This document shows, one piece after another, positions 1 to 11,010 of a stretch of 64,000 bases of DNA. The translations under genes and the position numbers were made by a program. The DNA lies in contig JBNMHK010000001.1 of assembly GCA_050872725.1 (NCBI GenBank), forward strand, positions 44,850 to 108,849. The letters run 5' to 3'. Every line of letters starts with the position of its first letter. The stretch's first letter is position 1. Origin of the DNA: Ureaplasma sp. GTDB lineage: Bacteria; Bacillota_I; Bacilli_A; Mycoplasmatales; Mycoplasmoidaceae. The notes under the pieces were generated by a model. The model ran no database searches and was not told where the DNA came from. It saw only the letters and a program-made list of their open reading frames with translations.

Positions 1-246
1 ATTGTGGCCATACATGTTTTTAATGCCACCATTTTCTCCATTTTTAGCAATAATCTTCTTTTTATAATTTAAATATTCTAAAGAAGTCTCATTGTTATTG
101 CCAACAAAATAAATGTTGCCACCATTGCCACCATTGCCACCAGCAGGACCACCTAATGGTACATGGGCTTCTCTTCGCCAAGAAACAATCCCATCACCAC
201 CGTTACCAGCTTTTATTAAAACTTTACAACGATCTATAAAAGACAT
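1..246 (-). CDS. obgE: GTPase Obg/CgtA, N-terminal part (runs off window)
   Basis: Translates MSFIDRCKVLIKAGNGGDGIVSWRREAHVPLGGPAGGNGGNGG, the glycine-rich Obg N-terminal fold. Confidence 0.95.
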   Translation of the reverse strand, partial: MSFIDRCKVLIKAGNGGDGIVSWRREAHVPLGGPAGGNGGNGGNIYFVGNNNETSLEYLNYKKKIIAKNGENGGIKNMYGHN

Positions 247-362
247 TTTTTATTTGATTTCTTATAAAATAATTCTTATATATTTTACTAAATCATTTTT
301 TAAAATTAAGTTTTAAAATTATACATGTAATTAAATACATAAGCATAAAAATTGAGGATAAA

Positions 363-1115
363 ATGGCTTCTATTCTAGAGACAATTAAAAATACAAAACA
401 ACCTAAAGATGGATTTTTAGCACCGAGTCAATTTAAAGAGATTTTTTTAAATGATGAGCTAGAAATTACTAATGAAGAAAATATTCCTTTAAGTCTTGTA
501 GGAATTGTTATTGACTATATGACAAGATTTTTATTGATTGGTGATGCAAGAAATTGTTTTAGAGTATCATTAGCAGGGGCGATGGCTGTCAATGAATTTG
601 ACAAAGCTAAGGAACTGTTAGACACTATCGATGGATTAAATGACCAATCTATTGTGGCAGCATGTAAATTAGTTGGTTATGACATTTGCTTTAGAGAACA
701 CCCAAGACTATTCAAACCAATTGAAACTATCAACCCAGATGCTCAAACCATTAGTAACATTAAAGCAATGATTATAAGATGTTCATCATTTGCTAAAGAA
801 TTTGGCCCAATCATTAAAGAAGGAATCACATTTGAAGGTGGATACACTGACAAAATTACAGCTGGGGATGGTGACTTTTTAACTGATGGAACAATGTGAG
901 ACATTAAACTGTCAGCTGATGGTATTGACACTAACAATACATTGCAATTATTAATTCACTACATTATGGGTAAACATTCAAATTATCCTGAATTACAAAA
1001 TGTTTATAAAATTGGTTTTTTCAATCCAAGATTGAACAGAATATATTTAATGGATGCTAGTGATATTGATCCTAATGTTATTAGTGAAGTTGAAAAAAGT
1101 GTAATTGGTTACTAA
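363..1115 (+). CDS. Hypothetical protein with PD-(D/E)XK (RecB-like) nuclease motif, 250 aa
   Basis: ORF 363..899 reads through TGA to TAA at 1113-1115. C-terminal half has GDGDFLTDGTMWDIK...LQLLIHY (D...DxK plus QLxxY). Confidence 0.6.
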
Positions 1116-4100
1116 TTAAAATTAAAGAACTTATCAAAATAAGCTTGCAAGTCAATAATGACTTGCTGCTTTTTTTCTATCCTATTCTCAGATTTATTAA
1201 TTGCAAATCTTGACATTGCAGGCAAAAGATCGTCAATTTCAGTGCCATTTGTTTTAAGAAATTTTTGTTGAAAACAACTGTTAACGAAATTGCGTGTTCC
1301 GTCTGGTTTTAAATTGTGTTTTGTGATGATTGCTTCTAATTCAACATTTCTTTGCTCATTAATAAAACTATTAAAGCTATCATAAATTGAATTATCGCTT
1401 TCATCATTTAATGAATTAATAAATGCAATAATTAAATCTTTTTTATTTCTAAATTCATATGATGAATCAAGAATCTTGTTAATTCAAGCTAGATTATCAA
1501 TTTTTTTATCTTTTTTATCTGGGTCAATATATTCATGTATTAATTGAAAAATATATGCTAAATTGACATCAATTTGTTGAACTAATGTTGTTTCAAAAAC
1601 AATGTCTTCTACAACACTAGTCTTTTTTGTATCTGCTTCTGTTTTTAAATCACTGTAATATGTGTTGTATTTTCCTAAGTAATTTGTTAATTCGTCTTCA
1701 CTCAGAATTTGTTGGCTATCATCATAATTGTTAATGAATGATTTAAGTAAATTTAGTTTTTGTAAGATAAGACCGAAGTCATTAATAAATGCTTTTTTAT
1801 GTTCATCAGAATGCAATTCTTTACTTGTGGGAAAATTATGTCTTAAATTTTCTACAACTTGACAATATCCTGGCTGATACACACCTTTTTCATCTGTGTA
1901 GCCATTATAGTAATCATTGTATGCACGTAATGTAACAATATTGCTAGAATGACTGCCACTATAAACCCTAATTGCATCATCAAGTTCTTTTTTTATTGGT
2001 AGAAAACTAACAATATTACCTGATGTTTTAACAGAGTTGAAAATTCTATTAGTTCGTGAAAATGCTTGAATCAAACCATGTAATTTTAGTTTTTTATCTA
2101 CTCATAATGTGTTCAGTATTGGAGCATCAAATCCAGTTAAAAACATATTAACTACAATTAATAAATCAACTTCTTTGTTTTTCATTTTTAATGAAAGATC
2201 ACGATAGTAACCTTGAAACCCTTCATTACTAATGTCTCAACTAGTACCAAACATTTGGTTGTAATCATTAATTGCTTGTTTTAAAAATTCTTTTGATGAT
2301 TGATCTAATGATTCCACAGATTCATTATTTTCATCCTCAATGTAATAATCATCTGTGTCAAAGATAATATCATTTTGGGAAAATGAAAAAATCGTTGCAA
2401 TCTTAAGATCAGGATAAATTTTGTTTTCTTGTTGTCTTTTAAATTCTTGATAATATAACCTAGCATGTTCAATACTTGAGGTTGCTAAAATAGAATTAAA
2501 TCCTTGGATATTTCTTACATCATAGTTGGCATTTAGTTTATTATGTTTGTCTTTTGCTAAATAGATAGCATTAGTAATGCATTTGTGTTTAAATGCACTT
2601 TCACGACAAGTTATCCTGTCAAAGTTTTTAATAATGAATTCAACATTATTAGCAATTCTCTCTGGAGCTAAAAAGATTTCTTTCTTGTCAATTTGACTGA
2701 TTTCTTCATCTTCAACATCATCCTTTATGCTTTTAATGGTTTGGATAGTTGATAAATTAAATGGCAAGACATTATTATCATTGATTGCATCTACAATATT
2801 ATATGTATGCAAACGTTCCCCAAATTGTTGGTCAGTTGTATAACCTGATAAATAGGTTTTGCTAACATCATTGGCAATTGTTTTAGTAGAAATTACTTTA
2901 GAATTTTCAGAAAAAATTGGCGTGCCTGTAAAACCAAATATATTGTGTCTTATAAAATTCTTTTTAATTGATGTATTCATTTCACCAAATTGTGAACGAT
3001 GACATTCATCAAAAATTAAAACAATGTGCTTGTTGTAAACATCACTATTTTTATTATTTTTAATAAAACGGGATAATTTTTGGATTGTTGTAATAATTAT
3101 TTTTTTCTGTGGATCATTAGACTCTAATTGCTTTTGCAAAATTTTTGTTGATGTGTTTGAATTTGCACAGCCTTCTTCAAACTTATCATATTCTTTCATT
3201 GTTTGATAGTCTAAATCTTTTCTATCAACAACAAAAATCACCTTATCAATATAGTCTAATTTCGATGCAATTTGAGCAGTTTTGAATGAAGTTATTGTTT
3301 TACCACTACCAGTAGTATGCCAAATATAACCACCTGCTTGAACTGTGCCTAATACCTTGTTATCATTGTGAGAGTACAGAATCTTATTTATAATTCTTTC
3401 AGTGGCAACGATTTGGTATGGACGCATCACCAATAGTTCATTTGTGCTAGTGAAGATACAATATTTTGTCAAAATGTTTAAAATTGTATGTTTAGAAAAG
3501 AATGTTTCTGTAAAATCAAAAAGATTGTCAATCTTTTGATTTTTAGCATCAGCTCAATACATTGTAAATTTGTAACTATTTTTGGATTTAGATTCTTGTG
3601 TTTTCCCATTTTGTTCAATAAAACGTTTAGTATTGGCAAAGTATTTTGTTTGGTTAATATTAGACATAACAAAAATTTGCACATAATTAAATAAACCATG
3701 AGACGAGCTAAATGAATCATCACGATAGCGTAATAATTGGTTAAATGCTTCTTCAAGTTTAACTGCCGGTCGTTTTAATTCAATACTTATAATTGGTAAG
3801 CCATTGATTAAAATTGTTACATCATAACGATTATGATTTTCATGTTTACTAACATATTGATTGATGACTTGAAGTTTGTTTGCATGTAAGTTATCATCTT
3901 TTTTAATTAGGTAAACATTAAAAATGTCACCATTATCACGTCTCAATTCATAAATATAATTTGTCTGGAATTTCTTAGTTTTTTCTGTAATGCCATCATT
4001 GCTTTTGGCAATGAAATCATTAAATAATAAATTTCATTCAGGGTCGCTGAATTTAGTTTTATTAAGGCTTTCTAATTGTAATCTTAGGTTTTCAATTAGA

Positions 4101-4294
4101 AAATCTTCATGGTTAGTGTTACTAGGTAATTTTAAATATTCATAACCTTGTGCTTCTAATTGATTAATAAATTTTTGCTCTAATTCTTTTTCGCTTAGAG
4201 AATTAAAATTGTTATGATTTCTTTTCTTGAATTCTTCTATAACTGTTGGTTCATCGGATAATATTAAATTAGAAAAAGTTGATTTGTTATTCAT
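1112..4294 (-). CDS. hsdR: Type I restriction enzyme subunit R, 1060 aa
   Basis: Four track ORFs share one frame, joined by TGA=Trp. Motifs [51 protein letters not shown]; TAG at 1112-1114. Confidence 0.95.
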
Positions 4295-6500
4295 TGTTCT
4301 TCACTTTAAATGTTAATAATTTGTTGCTATAGTACTGGTATTGTTTATGACGTAATTCAATTTCTTTGCGAATGCCCTCATCTACCAAACTACTAAATTT
4401 GTCCAAAACTTGGACAATTTTTTCTTGAATTTCTAGAGGTGGGATGGGGATGGAAATTTCTAAAATTTTGCTCATGTCTGGGGTTTTAAATGGAACGCCT
4501 CTACCTCGATAAAAACTCTTAATCAAACTAATATTATTTCTTAAAAAATAATATATGTATTTTGTGTTGTACACACTACTATCACGTGTTGTACAAATCA
4601 AGTCTCCTGAATTAACGAATTTGCCATTTCAATATTCAATTTCTAGTGATTCACTTGTTAATGATGGTTGTAATGTAATAATTTCGCCTTCTGATAAATT
4701 TTCGCCTGCTAGTATTTCATTAGTTCAACCCTCAAAATTATTTGCAGATAACAATTTAACATTACCTGTTTTTAAATTTATATCTTTAAGCGTATTAGAT
4801 GAAATGGATTTAAATTTATTAAGTTTATCTTGTTTACTTTTATCTGTATTTTGAAATTTTTTATTTCAAATAGTTATTTTTCATAGTGGTAATCATTCAA
4901 CATCTTTGCCTTCAAAATCAAAAAGCTTATCAAGACAAAACTCATTAATTTGCTTATCTTCTAATTCATTAATTATTTCCCTAATTGCTTGTTTTGATTC
5001 TTGGTTTATCTTGGATAATTGATTAATTTCTTCATTTAATTGTTTTATATCAACTACTTCTTTTTCATCATTTTTTAAAATATATGAATCCACATGTAAG
5101 TCATAGTCATTGCTTGCAATTTTATCTTGGCTAACTAATCTAGATAACTTATCAACATCTTTTCTATCGTTATAAAGTTTGATGATTTCATCAATGTTTT
5201 CATCACTTAATTTTTTTTGATTAGTAACTTTAATAAACAAATCACTTGCATCAATAAATAATATGTCATTATCTTTTTTAGATTTTGATAATACTAGGAT
5301 ATTAGTAATTACTTGTTTACCATAAAATAAATTTTCTGGTAACCGAATTATTGTGTCAATAAAATTATTGTCTACCAAATATTTTCTAATTTTTTGTTCA
5401 GCGCCACCGCGATAAAAAATTCCTGGAAAACAAACAATTCCAGCTGTCCCAGACGTTTTTAATAAATATAAACTATGCATAATAACTGCAAGATCAGAAT
5501 TGCTTTTAGGTGCTAATATTCCTGCAGGACTATAACGTTCATCATTGATTAAAATTGGATTGCTATCACCTTCTCAGTCTTGATGATAAGGCGGATTAGA
5601 AACAATAATGTCATAGCGATTATCTAATGAATGTTTTGGGTTAGTTAGTGTATCACCACATTGAATGTCAAAATTACTACAATTAACATTATGTAAAAAC
5701 ATGTTCATGCGGCATAAATTGTATGTTGTATAAACATTTTCTTGCCCATAAAAATTGATGTTAGAATTTTTTAAAATTTTTAGTGGTTGTAATAATAGTG
5801 AACCTGACCTACACATTGGGTCATATACAGTTTGAATATCTTTCTTATCTTTAATAGCTAGTAAAGTTAGTAATTTACTAACCTCTTGTGGAGGATCAAA
5901 GAACTCTCTGTTTCGCTTACCTGATTTAGATGCATACATGTCAATAATGTATTCATATGCATCACCAAATATATCAATCTCGTCATCATCAAAATTACTA
6001 AGCTCAAAGCTAGCAATTGCAGCAATAATCTTAATTATTTTTTTATTTCTATTAGTGACATTTTCACCTAAATTATTTGATGACAAATTAATTCCAGTTA
6101 ATAAACCTATGATGTCTTGTTCATTTGCTTTGTTTAATGAACGTTCCTCAATATTTTTAAAAATATTAGTAATAACAACATTTAGGTCACTGGGGTTGGT
6201 TTTATATTTTTCATATACATTATTAAATAATTCTGATGGATAAATAAAGAAACCTTTAGAGTTAATACAATCTGAAATTATTTCATCTGAAATTTCATCA
6301 TCATTAAGTTTGGCATAATCAAAATCAACATTACCAGCAGCATGTTCATTTTTATTGAAATAATTAATAATATTTTCAGAAATATAGCGATAAAACAGAA
6401 ATCCTAGGACATAGAATTTCAACTCTGAAATGTCAACTGATCCTAATGATTTATTAAGAGTTTCTCAAATTTGACTAAATAATTCTTGTTTAGTTTTCAT
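4287..6500 (-). CDS. Fused type I methyltransferase HsdM plus single-TRD HsdS, 737 aa
   Basis: ATG 6500 to TAA 4287 in one frame with no TAA/TAG. HsdM motifs (YVLGFLFYRYISE, DPMCRSGSLL, NPPY) continue into an HsdS start (VEWLPLWKITIWNKKF) and one conserved helix (IPIPPLEIQEKIV...YQYYSNKLLTF). Confidence 0.85.
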
Positions 6501-6571
6501 AGCAAAAATACACAAATACTATTTTAACTAAATATTATTTGTTTTGTTTAAGCTAAAACTTTATACATTTA

Positions 6572-8737
6572 TTAAATAAGTTGAGCTTTTTTCTTTTTGA
6601 TTATTTCAACAACAATATCTCTATATTTTTTAATGAATTCCTCATTAATATTTTCCATAAAATAAGTTTTTGGAATTCGCTTTATACGTTCTGCATAATC
6701 TGATTTGATTTTATTTTCAATTATTGAATTGTAAATTGTATCAATCAGCTCATTATCATCCATAAATTCATTAATAAAGATAGCTATTTTTTGTTTTAAA
6801 TTATCATATTTTTTGTTTATTACTGCATCAATTAAATTCTTGTAATTTTTATTTTTACGATATGAACAATTGTTAATTAAATTCATTTGATCTTGATTAT
6901 ATTCGTTTAAATGAAATAAAACATCCTCAATGGTTTTGAATTCGTTACCAACATTAAATAATTGATTATAAGTTAGATAATTTATTTTGTTTTTGTCTAA
7001 CTTGTTCTCACTAATAAATTGGTCATTGTCACATATGACTAAAAAATGAAATTTATTTGTTTGTTCATGTAAAAATTTTAAGCTATTTAAAAAATTATGG
7101 TTAAATTTAAAATCATTTTTAACAATGAATTTGTCATCATTGTTGCCTCCAATAATTCTTTTTATTAAATTTTTATCAGTATTGGCTTCAACAAAAATAT
7201 GGTATTGTAAATCACTTAGTTTCTTTATTCCATAATGGATATTATATTTTTCTAATTCTCTATACTTATCTAATAAATTATTTTCTGAATTAAATTTTTT
7301 GTTAGTTACTAAATAAATTAATTTTGGAGTTGGATTATTAAAATCAGTAGTAGATATTCTTCCTACTGCTTGATATAATTTCTCAGGTGAATATTCATCA
7401 CATATATAAATTCCTAAATCTGCTTTATCTAAGGTTATACCAATAGCAGTGTCTTTTTGTAAAACTATTACATTAAGATCTTCATTTTGAAATTCATTAA
7501 TAATTTTTTGTCTTTCTTTTGAATTGACATTAGCATTTATATGTTTTGCATTAATACCATATTGTTTAAAATCATTAATAATATTGGTTTGAGCCTCTTT
7601 AAAATAACAAAAAACAACAATTTTTTTATCTTTATTTTTATTGATTAACTCAATTGCTTTTTCAATTTTTTTAGGCAAAAATAAATTATTATTTATAGGA
7701 TCATTTGTTATTCTAGGATCGTCAGATCATTTTTGTTTTTCTATAAAATTACGTTCCGACCTAATTTTCTTTTGTATATTTGGATATTCCTCAATTTCTA
7801 TTTCATCAATGTATAAGTAATTTAAAGGGTTATATTTATGACAATCATCAGGTCTGTATAAAAATTCATCTAACACTTTCCTTATAACATTAGGACGATT
7901 AATTTTATCTTCCGAACCATATTTTAATTGAATATGTTTGACGTCTGATTTATTTTTCCAATGTCTTTCAATAAATTCTTTGTCTAATAACTGAATAGCC
8001 TTAAAAATATCTAAAATTTTATGATTAACTGGTGTTGCAGATAATAAAATGAATAAATCAATATTAGTAAAATATTTCTTAATGATATCTTTAATTGATT
8101 TATGACGTTTATCACCAGTTTTTATAAAATTATGGAATTCATCAATAATAATATTTTTAAATAATTTAAATTTTTTAAATACTTCTGAATTATCTTTTTC
8201 TGATGAGAATCTTTTGGCAAATGTTTCTTCCGTAGTAATGATTATTTTGTAATCATTACTATTATCATTAATCTTGTCAAAAATATCATCATTCTTCTTA
8301 CTATGATAAATATAAACATTTTTTTCATTGTGATCTTTAAATGTTTTTTCAAATGTTTCAATCATATTTTTATCAACAAATAAAATAGTGTTTGCTTTAT
8401 TATTTAATATTGCTGTTATTGAAATATATGTTTTACCAAATCTAACCGGTAAAAATAAGCAAACTTTTCTATTTTTTAAAATATGGTTTAAACTATCTTT
8501 TTGATAATCATGTAATTTGTAGTATTCAATATTTTTATCATCAAAATTTTTATTTAAATATGAATTTTCACTAAATATTTCTAATAATTTAACTCTATTC
8601 TCATTTGTTAGAAAGAAGTATATGTGCTTATAATCTGGTGTTTCATAATAAAAATCTTCATCAAAATCAGATAGATTTATATTTTTGTATTCATCTGAAT
8701 TGATGTCAATTTTTTTTATGTATTTCCCATTGAGCAT
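6572..8737 (-). CDS. SF2 (SNF2/DExH-like) helicase with C-terminal OLD-like TOPRIM domain, 721 aa
   Basis: Two track ORFs joined through TGA 7727-7729. Helicase motifs LHDYQ, PVRFGKT, IIIDEFH, LSATP, KIVVFC, AIGITL, QAVGRI; then IFVEANTD, VICDND, TIEDV. Confidence 0.75.
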
Positions 8738-8828
8738 ATTAGCCTCGTCACAAAATTTTTAATTTATAAAAAATTAATATGTATCCTATACACTAATATT
8801 ACGATTTTTATGAAAGATAGTTATTAAA

Positions 8829-10909
8829 TTATATATCTTTATATTTTTCTTTGTATGCATCTAGATTTTGTAAGACATCACAAAGTTCATTGATCTTATC
8901 TTCATTCTTACTAATTCAATCAAAAATATTGTTATCTAGTGGTTTTTTTGAGCCCTAGATAACTGAAAATATCATGAGGTATCCAGCCTTTGAAATTTTC
9001 GTTAAACAATGCTTGCTCAATTTTTTCATAGGTCATATTGTCATTAAAATATTTAACTAAGATATTTTTAATTGTGTGGTTATTAATATCTAGTCTTTTA
9101 AAAACGTTAGCGTGACCAAATATGTCTTTCATACGTTGTTCTAACAAGTCTTCTTCCATAGCTGTTGAGTTCATCTGATTAGGTGTGGTACACAGAACCT
9201 TAAGATGGTCAAAGTTTCAAAGTAATTTAAACTTATGATACATTTGAATAGACCGTTGTTTAATGTCATGAATGGTCAATTAGACTTAGCAATAATTTCA
9301 TCATTGAATCTATACTCATCTTTTTGCATCGCTAACTTTTTCTCTGCAAAACTCTTGTTAGAATAACTAGAATTATACTCTTGAGGAGTTAAGGTTAAAT
9401 TGCCAATGGTGTGCTTATAAGTTTCTGCCATCTCAGGATCAACTTGTCAAGTGTTATCATAACTTTGGGGCAAGATATGCTCAACAGAAACATTACTAAA
9501 GTCATACTTAATTTTTGAATCCCCAGTTAGAATCCTAATTAAAAATAGCTTAGTAAACTCATTATTCTTATCATAAATACGGGTAGTTTCAAAACTTTGT
9601 TTAATTAAATTTTCACTAGGGACACTATATTTGACATCATGATTGACTTTAGAATTAGTTGGTAAATAAATGAGGTAGTAATATAATTGGGCATGAAAAT
9701 TTGCATTAAACATGTGTTTATTATTGCTCATGTCTTTTACAATTCTAGGGATGGCACGATTAACATCTTTATCATGGCGGTTAATGTCAAATTCCCGACT
9801 AATAAAGTAGTATTCTAAAATTTTGAATGCCTTTAGCAAATCTGATTTGTTGGTAATCTCAATTTTATTATTGATGGTGATATAAGTATATTGTTTCATG
9901 ATGTAAACTAACAAAACAACATACGAGTCAAATCTAGATTTAACAATGTCTAGTTCATGATTAGTAAAATCATGTAAATATTCATTTTCAGAAAAATACT
10001 TATAATATCTAGCAAATTCTAGGTATTCTTGTAATAATGTGTCAATTTTGTCCTCATACTGACTAGTTTTTAATTCATAGTAAGCCATAAAAATATGTTT
10101 ATTATCTTTACTAGAAACACAACCAGACACATAAGCTAAGGAATGTCTTAATAAGAAACTAGATTTTTTACCTAAATATGATGTGAGCTCATCTAATTGA
10201 CTATTCCAAGTGTCAATTTTATGTTCAATGTCTGCATCGTTTTCATGAACTAATGATAAAGAGGAAATCAAATCATTTTTAAACATGTCATAAGCAGTCA
10301 ATTCCACACCTGTGGAATTAATCTTAGAAAAAACAATATTTTCATTTAAGTTATTCATGATTTGAATTTGGGTGATGCTAGATTGATCTAATAACTTGGT
10401 GAAAAAAATGTTAATTTTGTCAACATTAAAATTATTCTCAAAATATGCTTTAATTTCCTTGTAATTAATGTAATAATTACTAGCTTCAGTTATACTGTCA
10501 CAAGGTTGTTGTTTAATGACATGGCGAATTAAATTTGATAACAAACTCTTGCTTTTGATGTTAAATAAGTTGAAATCAAAATTATCTAAAAGTTCAACCA
10601 CTTGATTCTTATTGTCAAGATCTAAATCCTTATGGCTATACAAGGCTAAAATAAGCAAAAAGATGGTAGTAATTCTTTGCTGCCCATCAATTACTAACTT
10701 AAATCTATAGTTGTATTTAATAATAGTGCCTAAAAAATGGCACTACCTGGGTTCAAATTAATATCGTCAAGCAAGTCTTGAATTAAGGTTTTAATTTGGG
10801 TTTTAAAAGTTCATACATATTGACGTTGAAAATAAGGAATTTTGATGTGTCTGTTTTCTTTTAAGAAATCTTTAATACTTAGACAATCAGCTTTAATATC
10901 TTTAATCAT
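8829..10909 (-). pseudogene. GmrSD-type (DUF262+DUF1524) restriction nuclease paralog with three frameshifts
   Basis: Starts MIKDIKADCLSIKDFLKEN...QRQYVW; has IDGQQR, FSKINSTG, EHILPQ, GNLTLT. Collinear with the 11011-13098 paralog only after correcting single-base indels near 10741, 9276 and 8945. Confidence 0.8.
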
Positions 10910-10919
10910 AATGAGTTTT

Positions 10920-10925
10920 AGTATA
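10920..10925 (-). promoter_or_regulatory. -10 box (TATACT) of the frameshifted GmrSD paralog
   Basis: TATACTAAAACTCATT-ATG, nearly identical to the leader of the intact paralog. Confidence 0.5.
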
Positions 10926-11010
10926 AACGATTAAGATTAAAATAACTAAATATTAAGATAATATATTAAAAAATCCGATATAATTGCGCAACACTTAAGT
11001 AATCCGTGGT

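Noticed and set aside
113-316. Proline-rich + strand ORF (MLPPLPPLPP)
   Set aside because: Antisense shadow of the glycine-rich Obg N-terminus.
247-362. att-type direct repeat of the tRNA-Gly 3' end at the far island boundary
   Set aside because: No copy of the tRNA 3' sequence seen by eye and no integrase or transposase in the window, so no mobile element is called.
4860-4884. Separate hsdS start at ATG 4884
   Set aside because: That ATG is out of frame with the HsdS coding sequence, which is in the HsdM frame.
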